60,847 nucleotides of DNA from a virus. Its lineage: Duplodnaviria > Caudoviricetes. A program made the position numbers and the translations under genes. The notes beneath the pieces were generated by a model. The model saw only the letters and a list, made by a program, of their open reading frames with translations, was not told the origin of the DNA and did no database searches. This document shows, one piece after another, positions 17,249 to 27,472 of the stretch (positions within the stretch are counted from its first letter, which is position 1; every line of letters begins with the position of its first letter). Location of the stretch: positions 1-60,847 of the IMG/VR virus record IMGVR_UViG_3300020042_009006. One strand, written 5' to 3'.

Positions 17249-20200
17249 TTACTTTCCTACTCTTCTTGAACCACCAGAGCTAGCTGCTCCAGCGGAAGCT
17301 GTGCTGGCAGCGGCTGCTGCACTTTGAATCGCTGCTCCAGCGGCAACAACGGCTGTAACAACTACCTTCTCTGACTCTTCACGAACCTTTGGTGACATGT
17401 CAGCACCAGCGTTACCAAGGAAGTTCAGAACTTCTACTGCACCAGCAAGACCTGGAATGGCAGCAAGTTCTTCTGGTAGTTCGATGTCATCTTGCTCCGC
17501 AGCAAGGTAAAGAGCATTAAGAGCTTGTTCGTATTCAGGGGAGCCAGCCTCGGCAGTTTCAAATGTTTCAAGAGCTGCTTCAACTAGTTGCTCTGCTTGA
17601 GCCTCTGTAAGTTCGGTAGGGTCTACTTCTTCTAGGTTGACTTCCATAAGGTTCTCGGCAGATAGTTCAGCAGGGATTTCCTTAGACCCTTCTTCGACTG
17701 GAGGTTCTTGGTTGGCAATAGTTGTGATGTTTTCGAAGTCTGCTCTAGATGGTAGGTCGGTATTTCTTACTTCTTGTACAGATGTTTCGTAGGAAGCTAC
17801 TGATTCTGAAACAGTTGTATCTGCTGCTTCCTTAGTGGAAAGTCTCTCTGAAGTTACTTTTTGTGCAGAAGTAAGCGACGCGGTTAATGTAGTTAGTTCA
17901 GATTCCTTGGCAGTAACTTCAGCTTGAGAGGTTGTTACTTCTGATGAGGCGACATCCACTGATTGCTGAGAAGTTGTTAAAGTGTCGGTGGCTGAAAGTA
18001 AGGTTACTTCGGCAGAGGTCTTAGTTGAAGTTGCAGTTTCTAAAGTAGAAGTTGCTAAGTCCTTAGCTGTTTGTGCTGAAGTCTTGGCTGCTAATGTGTC
18101 TGACTTATTGGTTGTGGCAATAGCTAGGTTATTGGTTGCTGTCTCGTAGTTTGTTGTAGCAGTGTCTACATTTGTAGATGCAGTCTCGTAGTCAGTGACT
18201 GCTGCGTCATAATTAGACTGTGCAACGGCTACTACATCAACGGATGAGTTGTGGGTAGTTAGTGATAAGACATATGCATTAGTAGCTGCTTCTAGATTAT
18301 TGGCTGCTGTCTCCTTGGCTGCAAGTAGAACTGCCACTGTTTGGATCTGCTGCTCTTGTTGAGAAGTTAGAGAAACGATTGAGTTGGAAGCTTGAGTCTT
18401 CTGGTTGTTTAGAATTCCGACTGTTTCCCAGATTGAGTCTCTGTTGATTAGTGCTGCGTCGTACTCAGACTGTGCTTGCTGGACTTCTGGTGATGCAGCA
18501 TTGAGTGTGTTGGATGCGCTGATTAGATTGTCGTAACCTACGTTCGACTGCTGGGCTGCTGCTTGCTGAGATGTTTGGGCTGCTGTCCATTCTGAGTTCG
18601 CGGTATTGTACGCAGCGAGGGCAACATCATAGTTTGATTGTGCAGTCTGAAGTGCTGGAAGTAGAGCAGGGTCTTTGATTAGAGGGGCAGAGGCACCATT
18701 TGAATACCACGCTGCAGGAACTACACCTTGACCAGTTGCTGACTGGTAGTACAGAGTAGAACATGCTCCACCACCCCACTCGAAGAACCAAGCGTCAATA
18801 GCGTAGGACTGACCTGCTTGTAGGGAGACAGAGTTCCAGTTTCCGCCGCAACCTTTGAGGCTCCAGTTATTGATAACGTTTGTCCCATTGAGGTCCATGT
18901 AGAAGCCATCATCCGCTTGGTTCATTAGATAGGTGATGTTCTCTGTTGGTCTTAGGTATCCTGTGTAGTGAATAAGTACTCGGTCACTACCACAGCCTAG
19001 AATGTCTCCGCCTCCCCAGTTATTCTCAATACTGGTGATCGTAGTAGTTAGACATAAGTTGTATGCAGTATCAGAACGCTGTGGGTTCGATGTAGGTAGG
19101 TTGTTGTAAACCCTAACTGTTAGACCTTGCTGAGGCTGAATAACTTCTGTTGTGTAGTAAGTCTCATAGGTGTAGTAGGTTTCTTCCTCGTAAGTGATTA
19201 CTTCGTCGTAAACAGTCTGAGTTACTAGCTGCCCGTAAGAAACTTCTAGTGCTGGATTTTTCATACGAGGTCCATACATGCCATACCAAAAACCGTGATC
19301 TATTCCAGAGAATGAAACAGTTATGTAAGAAACAGGTCCCGTGGCTGTGAGGGTTACACTTCTATTTGTCCAGTCATGTGATGTTCTTGTGTTGGTGTAT
19401 GTGGCAGTTCCAACTGGGTTTCGGTTGATGTCTTCTGCTGTGACAGTCATCGAGTAGCTGTCGGCGGTCCAGTCGCTGAACCAGTCGGCAGATAAAGTAA
19501 GTGTTGCGTTCTCGAAGGGACCAGAGAAGAGTCCTTGGCTGACTGTTTGGTCCATATAAGAGAAGGTAATCTCTCCATCATACATACCGGGCTGTGAGCC
19601 TTGCCACCCTGGGTAAACTCCGCTCCAACCCTCTGTGGTGGTTAGTGTTGGGTTAGGTAATAGGTTTGGGATTACCTGCTCTTGTAGAACTGTCTCGGTA
19701 CGCGGAACAAGAGTCCTAACTTCTACTTGTCTAGTGTTTGTGATTGTTCGGATGTTCTCTACCTGTCGGGTAGGAGCTGTCCAGTTAGGGTCGGGGATGA
19801 GGTTGTTGTCGTAGTTGCTCTGAGCTGTACTTAGACTGCCTTGTGCTTCGTCTAAAGTAGTCTGTGCTTCATTGAAGGCAGATTGCTTATTTAGGTAGTT
19901 TGTGTAAGCAACATCGTACTCAGTCAGATACTGGTTGTAATTAGCAACTGCTTGGGTGTAGTTAGCTTGAGCAGTAGCTAGGGCTGCTTGCTTGATATAA
20001 AGATTAGAAGTACTTGAGCCTAGCTCGGAATTTGCTTGCCAGAAGTTAGACCAGGCAATATCTAGTGGAGCGAGTACAGCTTCGTAAGAAGCTTGAGCAG
20101 ACTCGAGTTGAGAAGTTGTTAGAGCTAGGGCATCAACGCTTGAGTCGTAGTTAGAGGTTGCTTGATTGAAAGCTAGCTGTGCAGAGTTCTTGGCAGCAAG

Positions 20201-21079
20201 TGCTAAGTCTAAGTTGGTTGTGGCTTCAGCGAGATTGGTTTCGGCTGTAACTAAATTATTATATTTAACTTCTTTACTTTGGTTAGAAGTTGAGAGAGCT
20301 AGCTGAGCTTCTTCTAGCTCTTGGCTGAGATTTGCTTTTAAGCTAACGGCAGTATTGTAGGCATCAACGGCTGCATCATAATTATCCTGAGCATTGTTAA
20401 GAAGTTGGATAGCTGTGTTGTGGTTGTTGGCGGCAGTTGTTAAGTTAGTGGTTGCAGCAGTTAAGGCAGCTTGAGCGTCATCTTTTAATTGCTGGGCTGT
20501 TGCTAAGTTGGAGTTGGCTGCAGCTAGGGTGGCAGTCTTATTTGTAAGGATAAGTTGCAGGTCGTCGTATTCTGCCTGAGTTAGGGTCTTCTTGGTGCTT
20601 AAGGCAGTTTCGGACTCTAGAGCAGTGTTGTACTTAGATAGGGCGTCAGCAAGGGTTTTAGAGGCTTCTTGATATTGAGAGTAGGCTGTCTTGGCTGCTG
20701 CTAGTTTGAAAGTGTAGGAGTCCACCTTAGCCTGGGCTACTTCAATTTGGGCCTTGATTTTTTGGGCATTTGCTGGGTCTTTAGGAATTAGGTTGTTCAG
20801 CGTTGCTAATTGACTTTTGGCAGTAGATAGACTAGACTCTAGAGTATTGATATCCCCTAAGGAAGGAATAGAAGAAAATGGTAGTAACCGTAAACCTTGA
20901 TTCGTTTTGGGTAGGCTTTGTTTCAGCTTATCTGGTGCTATTTGTTGTTGGTATTGTGGTCGGTCTAGTCCGAAAGAAGAACCCGAAGAAGCGCTAGCAA
21001 CTTCTGCCATACATATTGGCGTAGCTAAAAAGAGGGCCGTTGTTAAAAATAACGGTCCTTTTGCTATTTTCTTAAGCAA
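17249..21079 (-). CDS. Large exported coiled-coil protein with central beta-sandwich and PA14-like domains
   Basis: Signal-peptide-like N-terminus, long Ala/Thr/Gln heptad regions, ADDGFY..INNW..FEWGG PA14-like motif. Confidence 0.7.
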   Translation of the reverse strand: MLKKIAKGPLFLTTALFLATPICMAEVASASSGSSFGLDRPQYQQQIAPDKLKQSLPKTNQGLRLLPFSSIPSLGDINTLESSLSTAKSQLATLNNLIPKDPANAQKIKAQIEVAQAKVDSYTFKLAAAKTAYSQYQEASKTLADALSKYNTALESETALSTKKTLTQAEYDDLQLILTNKTATLAAANSNLATAQQLKDDAQAALTAATTNLTTAANNHNTAIQLLNNAQDNYDAAVDAYNTAVSLKANLSQELEEAQLALSTSNQSKEVKYNNLVTAETNLAEATTNLDLALAAKNSAQLAFNQATSNYDSSVDALALTTSQLESAQASYEAVLAPLDIAWSNFWQANSELGSSTSNLYIKQAALATAQANYTQAVANYNQYLTEYDVAYTNYLNKQSAFNEAQTTLDEAQGSLSTAQSNYDNNLIPDPNWTAPTRQVENIRTITNTRQVEVRTLVPRTETVLQEQVIPNLLPNPTLTTTEGWSGVYPGWQGSQPGMYDGEITFSYMDQTVSQGLFSGPFENATLTLSADWFSDWTADSYSMTVTAEDINRNPVGTATYTNTRTSHDWTNRSVTLTATGPVSYITVSFSGIDHGFWYGMYGPRMKNPALEVSYGQLVTQTVYDEVITYEEETYYTYETYYTTEVIQPQQGLTVRVYNNLPTSNPQRSDTAYNLCLTTTITSIENNWGGGDILGCGSDRVLIHYTGYLRPTENITYLMNQADDGFYMDLNGTNVINNWSLKGCGGNWNSVSLQAGQSYAIDAWFFEWGGGACSTLYYQSATGQGVVPAAWYSNGASAPLIKDPALLPALQTAQSNYDVALAAYNTANSEWTAAQTSQQAAAQQSNVGYDNLISASNTLNAASPEVQQAQSEYDAALINRDSIWETVGILNNQKTQASNSIVSLTSQQEQQIQTVAVLLAAKETAANNLEAATNAYVLSLTTHNSSVDVVAVAQSNYDAAVTDYETASTNVDTATTNYETATNNLAIATTNKSDTLAAKTSAQTAKDLATSTLETATSTKTSAEVTLLSATDTLTTSQQSVDVASSEVTTSQAEVTAKESELTTLTASLTSAQKVTSERLSTKEAADTTVSESVASYETSVQEVRNTDLPSRADFENITTIANQEPPVEEGSKEIPAELSAENLMEVNLEEVDPTELTEAQAEQLVEAALETFETAEAGSPEYEQALNALYLAAEQDDIELPEELAAIPGLAGAVEVLNFLGNAGADMSPKVREESEKVVVTAVVAAGAAIQSAAAAASTASAGAASSGGSRRVGK

Positions 21080-21113
21080 TTTAGAGACTCCTGCTGGAAA
21101 GCCTCTCCCTTAC

Positions 21114-21365
21114 TTATATTTTATCAGGGTCCTCGTCATCTGATTCCTCGCCCCAGACATAAGTTTTGGTAGTCTGAAGGAGGTCGATGGTCTCAAAAGT
21201 AAGGGCTTCTACTGCTATTAGTAGGTCTGCTTTATCATCTGCCTCTTTAGGTTCTTCGAGGAGGTAGTGAACTTCTTGGATAACCTCTGTGCAGAGTTGG
21301 AGACGTTCTAATAGACGCTCTAACGGATCCGAACTGGTCGGTATCGTGAACTCTTCTGGCTCCAT
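21114..21365 (-). CDS. Hypothetical protein (probably leaderless)
   Basis: TAAACT -10-like hexamer 6 nt before ATG. Confidence 0.55.
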   Translation of the reverse strand: MEPEEFTIPTSSDPLERLLERLQLCTEVIQEVHYLLEEPKEADDKADLLIAVEALTFETIDLLQTTKTYVWGEESDDEDPDKI

Positions 21366-21466
21366 GAAATAAGTTTAAGGGTTGATTTGAGAGCTGATTT
21401 AGGCTCTGTAGTATAGCATAGTGGGGTAGTAAGGTTACCCTATAGTGGAAGAAGATGCAAAAAAGT

Positions 21467-21567
21467 TATTAGCAAGAAAAGAGTAAGTTGGCAGAGAATT
21501 ATTTGCTAATAGATAAAAAAAGTATTAGCAAGAAAAAGTGGTGAAGAAGTGGAAAAATCTGCTAATA
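21467..21567. repeat. Four TATTAGCA boxes in alternating orientation with a 56-bp period
   Basis: TATTAGCAAGAAAA at 21467 and 21523; inverted T(T/C)TGCTAATA at 21502 and 21558. Confidence 0.8.
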
Positions 21568-21725
21568 CAACTAAACTAATATATACTATATGAATTAAGT
21601 GAACTTATTTACACTACGCGCGTAAGAAATTTAATTTCACGGTGACTGTAAAAATAGTCGACTTAATCCATTAATTATATTTAGGTATATTTAGGTTGCT
21701 TTAGGTTGTGCTAGAATAAAGGCAC

Positions 21726-21744
21726 TTGACAAAAGTTTTGTCAA
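21726..21744. promoter_or_regulatory. Perfect inverted repeat containing TTGACA (operator or -35)
   Basis: TTGACAAAA-G-TTTTGTCAA just upstream of ORF 21761. Confidence 0.6.
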
Positions 21745-21760
21745 GTAGGAAGATGGAGTT

Positions 21761-22219
21761 ATGACAGAAAACAACGCATTTGACTTCTTTGACTTTTCAG
21801 AAGAAGAAGCAGTAGAACAAGCACGTCTATTTGAATCGGACAAGTATGACCGAGACGGACGGATATGCATTTGCGGACATCCAATGAAGAGACACGCAAA
21901 CTATGGAGGAGCATCTACTTGCTCACCATCACGATTGATTTGCCCATGTAAGAAATCAAGACCAGTACTTGAGACATCAGACACTAGAGTGTTCTTGAGA
22001 AAGACTCGTGGGTCAGGTTCAGGACATGCTTTGGCTCAAGGTATTCTTGCAGCTAAGGGAAAGCACGACATTACTTGGTTAGTTGAGATGCAGTGTGACA
22101 AGTGTGGAGTCGAAGGAAAAGTCTCACCTGTGGCAGTATCACAACGAGGTACTATCATGGATGAAGCAACTGGCTTTGATGCCTTGCTTTGCCAGAAGTG
22201 TCGAGAGGAATCTGTTTAG
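21761..22219 (+). CDS. Cys/His-rich hypothetical protein
   Basis: CICGH..H..C..C and CxxC pairs. Confidence 0.65.
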   Translation: MTENNAFDFFDFSEEEAVEQARLFESDKYDRDGRICICGHPMKRHANYGGASTCSPSRLICPCKKSRPVLETSDTRVFLRKTRGSGSGHALAQGILAAKGKHDITWLVEMQCDKCGVEGKVSPVAVSQRGTIMDEATGFDALLCQKCREESV

Positions 22220-22887
22220 TGGAACACTACGATGTTCTGATTGCAACACCAGGGAAACTTCTACATGCTGAGTATGTAGGCAGTCTGATTGAGACAACCA
22301 AGTGGTTGAACTCAAAAGGGCTGACTTATAAGTTCCTGAACAAGCAATCTTCATTTATCCCTAGCGGACGAGAACTAACGGCTTTAGACCAATACGAGAA
22401 TGATTGGAAGACTCGAAGTGTTGGGTCTGGACTATACACCTATGGCAAGATTATTTGGATTGATAGCGATGTTCAATGGGAAGTCGAAGACTTTATACGA
22501 ATCTTTGAATCTGAGTTAGATGTCGTAAGTGGGCTGTATGCTACCCACCCCAATGGAACTGTTGCATGTGCAACTTTTCATCTAGACTACGAAGAACCAA
22601 AACCAGCCAAAACTCACGAAAGCTTCTTCTTCATGCACGACGAACCAGTCGAAGTCTTTGGAGTTGGCTTTGGCTTTGTGGCAATCAAGAGTGGCGTCTT
22701 TGAGAATATGGATAGACCTTGGTTCAAGATTGAACACATCATCTGGGATAAAGAACTTGACTTCGCAACCAATGTGGGTGAAGACTACTCTTGGTGTATG
22801 AATGCCAGACGGAACGGCTATAAGATTTTTGTAGACCCAACGGTCAAAGTCCTACATCACAAAGAAACGATTTACCAACTTCCATGA
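22219..22887 (+). CDS. Glycosyltransferase-like protein (GT-A)
   Basis: IATP, WIDSD, VSGLY, GFGFVAIK, GEDYSWC, DPTV. Confidence 0.8.
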   Translation: MEHYDVLIATPGKLLHAEYVGSLIETTKWLNSKGLTYKFLNKQSSFIPSGRELTALDQYENDWKTRSVGSGLYTYGKIIWIDSDVQWEVEDFIRIFESELDVVSGLYATHPNGTVACATFHLDYEEPKPAKTHESFFFMHDEPVEVFGVGFGFVAIKSGVFENMDRPWFKIEHIIWDKELDFATNVGEDYSWCMNARRNGYKIFVDPTVKVLHHKETIYQLP

Positions 22888-23120
22888 GACCCAGAAATGC
22901 AGACCCAGGCAGACCCATGTGTGGGTTCTGCATGACAGGGCATCACGAAAGTTGTAAACCAGTAATCAAGTATTACGACAAAGAATGGTTTTGCTATTGC
23001 AAAACTTGCCACCCTGATGTACCATCAGATGTGGATGAAACCAAACAAGAACAGGAAATAGAAAATGACGAAGGAACAAGCCCTAGCGAAGATATCGAAT
23101 CATCTGGAACTTCTGACTGA
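22884..23120 (+). CDS. Small Cys-rich protein
   Basis: CGFC..H..C..CYC..CH. Confidence 0.55.
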   Translation: MRPRNADPGRPMCGFCMTGHHESCKPVIKYYDKEWFCYCKTCHPDVPSDVDETKQEQEIENDEGTSPSEDIESSGTSD

Positions 23121-23295
23121 TTACGATGTCATAGAGGCAACATTTGCAGACACCCTCTTCACATACCTCGGCGAGATTATTATGGATATCGATGAAAATG
23201 CAGATGACTCCAGAGTCAAGGCATTGGCGGACATGATGGACCTATGGTCAAACATCAAACTCCACGATGACGACAATGACTTCGGCAGACCATAA
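23065..23295 (+). CDS. Hypothetical protein
   Basis: AGGA RBS; coupled to next ORF. Confidence 0.55.
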   Translation: MTKEQALAKISNHLELLTDYDVIEATFADTLFTYLGEIIMDIDENADDSRVKALADMMDLWSNIKLHDDDNDFGRP

Positions 23296-23555
23296 TGCTG
23301 GAAGACTACAACAACAAACTTATCAAGATTGGCCTAGCGGCTAAGTGGCTCGATGTAACTCAAAAGACTATCTACAACTGGATTGAAAGTGGTCTACTTG
23401 AGATGCCAGAGAAGGGCAAAGTCCGAAGGGGCGATGTCGAAACTGTACACAAAAAGCAGATTATGTCACGGTCAACCATGGCTAGAATGAAAGCTCTAGG
23501 TATCGGGCGAGATGAAAAGGGTCGCTTCATAGACCTACCAAAAGACCCGATTTAG
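23295..23555 (+). CDS. MerR/excisionase-like HTH protein
   Basis: AAKWLDVTQKTIYNWIESGLL. Confidence 0.75.
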   Translation: MLEDYNNKLIKIGLAAKWLDVTQKTIYNWIESGLLEMPEKGKVRRGDVETVHKKQIMSRSTMARMKALGIGRDEKGRFIDLPKDPI

Positions 23556-23821
23556 AAAACGTTGTTTATACTAAGAGAAAAAGGCAGCCGTTTCCCTCTC
23601 CGCGCGCAAAAATTCGTCCGAGGTTCTTAACTTACTAATTTCACAATTCACCTTTCGGCTCGACGATTTGCCCCCGTGCTAAAATTAATAGCAGCGGCGG
23701 TCATCTTTCAAGCCCTCTCCCCGGTAAAGGTGGCCGTCGCCCAATCCGCGTCCTTGGTTAAAAGTTGGAAGCTCGGCACGGATCCTATCAACTTCCAACG
23801 GTTAAAGTAAAGAGCTCAACA

Positions 23822-24781
23822 ATGGACGAATCGAAAGAACTAACCGGCGGCCTGCATCCTTTCACTTCTGACGAAGAGACCCGCGCCGAATACCAGATCG
23901 ACGAACCTGTAGACTTACGGCCCGATCTATCTACCCTTGGTATAGAAGAAGCGGAGAAGGGTGTCTGCGAAGACAACTACCAGAACCGTGCTATATTACG
24001 TCGTGCGAAGTTAGCCTGGGATCCGGTCTACTCCACCAACGGAGTACCAACGGGTCTCATCAGAGCCCGCTCCAAAGAGTCAACAATGGAGAGACGTCTA
24101 CTATCTTTAGCGGAGAAGCGTCCCATCATGGTGGACTCAACTTCCAACAACTCGGACTATCTAACGGGCCTGGATCTTCTAGCTGAAGAAGCCGCGGACT
24201 TCCTAGTCCCACCTTGGGTGATCCACTCAACCCGCCTCTACTTGAAAGAGCAAAACGAAGGCGGCCCGAAGTCTGACAAACGAAAGCCGCTAGCTCAGCC
24301 GCATCGATGCCGCCAGGTAAAAGACGACGGTATTCGTTGTATGTTGTGGAGCTCCGGTCGACCTAAGGACGACGGCTTGTGCCGGATCCACTTACGATCA
24401 ACGCAGCACAAGACATCGGATGACATCGAACGGGCTCGTCAGAAGTTGGTGCAAGCTGCGCCGTACGCCGTTGACATGCTCGAAGATCTCATGGAGAACG
24501 CCGAGTCAGAACCGGTTAAGCTAAAAGCTGCAACGGAGATCCTGGACCGTGCAGGAATTCGAGGCGGCGTGGAGATTGACACGTCTGTTAACATCGACGT
24601 AAGGCCCGCCGCACAAGTTATCGCGGAGCGTCTTGACCGGCTCGCTCAAGGAGCTATCCAATCTGCTGCTAAGCTTGCAGATGCCGGCCTGCATGTACTG
24701 CCGGACGAAGACATCATTGATGCGGAAGTAGTACCCGCGTCTACTAAGAAAGAAGAAGCAACGGATGAGCCTGACAATTAA
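23822..24781 (+). CDS. CCCH zinc-finger protein with helical C-terminus; possible terminase small subunit
   Basis: RC..RC..LCRIH; VKLKAATEILDRAG and IIDAEVV tail (function is inference). Confidence 0.45.
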   Translation: MDESKELTGGLHPFTSDEETRAEYQIDEPVDLRPDLSTLGIEEAEKGVCEDNYQNRAILRRAKLAWDPVYSTNGVPTGLIRARSKESTMERRLLSLAEKRPIMVDSTSNNSDYLTGLDLLAEEAADFLVPPWVIHSTRLYLKEQNEGGPKSDKRKPLAQPHRCRQVKDDGIRCMLWSSGRPKDDGLCRIHLRSTQHKTSDDIERARQKLVQAAPYAVDMLEDLMENAESEPVKLKAATEILDRAGIRGGVEIDTSVNIDVRPAAQVIAERLDRLAQGAIQSAAKLADAGLHVLPDEDIIDAEVVPASTKKEEATDEPDN

Positions 24782-25046
24782 CGAACTAGTGGAGCTTGCC
24801 CGCCTTCACTTCAACCATCTTCAAGCGGATATAACAAACGCGTCTAACCGGATCGAGCACATTCGATTAACGACGTTGACTCAGGAAGCTGCGAATCTTC
24901 TCACGAATCTTGAGAACTTCGCTGCAGGATCTCCCGGATCCGAACTTCCAACGAATGAACTTTCAACTAACGGTGCAGCTATAGCTCTTCCAGGTAACTC
25001 ATCGGGTTGCTGCGGTGGCTCGGGTTCTTGCGCTTGCGGTAACTAA
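24765..25046 (+). CDS. Hypothetical protein with Cys/Gly tail
   Basis: Ends GCCGGSGSCACGN. Confidence 0.5.
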   Translation: MSLTINELVELARLHFNHLQADITNASNRIEHIRLTTLTQEAANLLTNLENFAAGSPGSELPTNELSTNGAAIALPGNSSGCCGGSGSCACGN

Positions 25047-25107
25047 TTAAAAATCAACCCCCCTTTAGGGGGTTTCAAAAGATCTCATCCTGTGATATGA
25101 TTCGAGC

Positions 25108-25965
25108 ATGAAGAAAATAGCTGCAGCAAAACTCGAGCTCTTCCTCGCCACTGCCAGGAAGTACATCGGATACCAGTCCGAGCTCCTCGGCCGGAATGCA
25201 TTCGGTAACCGCGTCGGATATGACTCAGGTCCCTGGAGCGGAGCGTTCATCGATGTGGTGGCCAGAGAAGCGGGCCTGAATTTACCAAGCTTTACGTATA
25301 CCCCAGCGGCGCTCGCGGAGATGCTCAGATCCGGTAACGTCTCACGAAGACCGAGGCCTGGTGACATTGCGATCTTCAACTTCTCATCAATCGGCCTACA
25401 AGGTTCCGCGGCGAGCGCTTTCAACATGCCAGCTGCAGGTATTGTTACCGACGTCCGGGAACTTCGAACGAACGGACGGTTCCTCTCCATCGAAGGTAAC
25501 TCAACCGGTGCCACTTCGTACCAGGACAAAGACGGCGTGCATCAACGTATTAGATACTTAACGGATGTCGTTATTTTTTGTAGGCCTGCCGAGTTTGAGA
25601 GCTCAGCGATGAGACGGATCCTCCAACTTCTCACGAACGTTGGTAAGAAGCTGCGCGGCCAGCTACCGGATAAGCTCGAGACCAAGGGCCTGGAGGAACT
25701 GACTTCACAACCAGAGACGGTTCGCCTTCGTAACTTCAAACCAGGTACCCGCAACCGTTCGATCGAAGTGATCCAGCTAGCTCTGTCACAAGTAACGGAT
25801 CTCCAGGGAGCCGAACGTGGGAAGTGGGACGCTGCCAGTACTGCTGCATGCGCTCGCTTCCAACGAACCATCGGAAGAGTCGGTCCGGATGCGACGGGTG
25901 CTCTTGACATCCCGACTCTTCAGAGACTGTCCCAGGCAACTGGACTTTTCATCGTTGGTGAGTAG
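25108..25965 (+). CDS. CHAP-like domain with substituted catalytic residues plus peptidoglycan-binding domain
   Basis: ARKYIGY..PWSGAF..PRPGDIAIF..AAGIV..IEGNS; C-terminal IQLAL..ARFQR. Confidence 0.65.
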   Translation: MKKIAAAKLELFLATARKYIGYQSELLGRNAFGNRVGYDSGPWSGAFIDVVAREAGLNLPSFTYTPAALAEMLRSGNVSRRPRPGDIAIFNFSSIGLQGSAASAFNMPAAGIVTDVRELRTNGRFLSIEGNSTGATSYQDKDGVHQRIRYLTDVVIFCRPAEFESSAMRRILQLLTNVGKKLRGQLPDKLETKGLEELTSQPETVRLRNFKPGTRNRSIEVIQLALSQVTDLQGAERGKWDAASTAACARFQRTIGRVGPDATGALDIPTLQRLSQATGLFIVGE

Positions 25966-26105
25966 CTCAGATCTGCAGCTACCGGGAAAACTTCTCACGA
26001 ACATTCATTAGTTGTTGCGGCCGCGGGCACGCTTCGAATTCCTGACTTGACATAATCTCCTCAGGGTGCTACAGTGGAATCATTAATCACTGATGAGGAG
26101 GCGGC

Positions 26106-26306
26106 ATGCCAAAGTACTTTGTAAGATTCGATGTTCGTGAGGAATGGAAAGGCACGTTTGATGCCGATGACCTCGAGCACGCGAAAGAATTAATTCGTCA
26201 ACTGAACGAAGACGAAATCGGCACGGATGAACTTCCAAACTTCGAGGACCGTAACTCAGGAATCTTTATTGAGGTTTACGAAGAAAGCCTGGAGGAACTA
26301 CCGTAA
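26106..26306 (+). CDS. Hypothetical protein
   Basis: GAGGAGG RBS; TTGACA promoter at 26047. Confidence 0.65.
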   Translation: MPKYFVRFDVREEWKGTFDADDLEHAKELIRQLNEDEIGTDELPNFEDRNSGIFIEVYEESLEELP

Positions 26307-26635
26307 TGTGTTACCAGTGTCCAGATGCTTATTACCAGGAACCGTGCAAAGATAAATTTCCAGGATGCAACGGAGACTGCGAAATTTTCGAATGCGCGGC
26401 ATGCAGTGTCAACACACTTCACATTAACGAGTACTACATGGTTACCGATGAGGTTTGGAAGACGGCCCACCCCGAGGACCGCGGCATGCTTTGCATCGGT
26501 TGCCTGGAAGACAGACTCGGTAGACAACTCACGAGCGATGACTTTACGGATGCTCCAATTAACCAGGGATACTTCGGATATTCAGAACGACTTCGTCAAC
26601 GGCTAGCTGTATCCATCCCAACTTCCAACGAATAG
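26306..26635 (+). CDS. Cys-rich hypothetical protein
   Basis: YMV.DEVW..LCIGCLEDRLGR.L..DF. Confidence 0.65.
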   Translation: MCYQCPDAYYQEPCKDKFPGCNGDCEIFECAACSVNTLHINEYYMVTDEVWKTAHPEDRGMLCIGCLEDRLGRQLTSDDFTDAPINQGYFGYSERLRQRLAVSIPTSNE

Positions 26636-26855
26636 TTGGCTCGAGCTCAGCCGCTGCCGGATCCAGGTAAACTTCCAACGAAGCGCTCATCAAAAGTCAC
26701 AGTGTAACCGGCTAGCTCAGCAGCTTCTAACTTCCAACGAACACTCATAAGAAGTAACCGGACTCGCAGCGCGCTGTAGGAATTTTTCATTTTTTCGAAC
26801 GGACTTGACAAGTTAACGGCACGGGGTATACTGGAGGTACCTAGAAGGAGAAACA

Positions 26856-27137
26856 ATGGACGAGCAATGCTCCACATGTCTAAACGGGCCTGAAGATAGC
26901 CCGATGGTATCTACGTACATCAATCACAAAGACGAGAAGCGACTCCAGTGTCAAGATTGCATGGACGGCTCGAACTGCTTCACATGCGAATCCTGCGGAG
27001 ACGGCCTAGCCACTGAGCAAGTTGACTACGTACCAAGCGGCCTACGTGAGTGGTGGTGCAGTGACTGCACGGAGGACGATGAGGGAAGACTCTTCAAATC
27101 AAAGAAAGAAAACGAATGGGTGTTCAAAAATGATTGA
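26856..27137 (+). CDS. Zinc-finger hypothetical protein
   Basis: Four CxxC; TTGACA(26805)-16-TATACT promoter and AAGGAG RBS. Confidence 0.65.
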   Translation: MDEQCSTCLNGPEDSPMVSTYINHKDEKRLQCQDCMDGSNCFTCESCGDGLATEQVDYVPSGLREWWCSDCTEDDEGRLFKSKKENEWVFKND

Positions 27138-27348
27138 CCCGTGCGTATATTGTGGCGAGTCAACCGCATTCGGTTTCGGCAAGTTCGTGAACCGTCTCCC
27201 TGTAGATGACGGATGGGGTTGTGCCGAGTGCTCGGGATTCGAGTGCGACGGATGCGAGAAACAAATCTATCTTGACAGTGACGTCACGGACTCGAATGGC
27301 GAGGGACACTACCACGAGCAATGCGTACCAGAAGACGGCAAGCCTTAG
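27130..27348 (+). CDS. Zinc-finger hypothetical protein
   Basis: CxxC pairs; ATG overlaps upstream ORF end. Confidence 0.55.
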   Translation: MIDPCVYCGESTAFGFGKFVNRLPVDDGWGCAECSGFECDGCEKQIYLDSDVTDSNGEGHYHEQCVPEDGKP

Positions 27349-27472
27349 GCCCGCAGCTAGCTGAAGCTGACACTTCTTACGAACGGTTCGTTAAAAGTTA
27401 GGCCCGCATCCGGATCCGGCGAGCGCAACGGTACCTCAAATCACACAGTTGACTAACGGGTATATTTGAACC

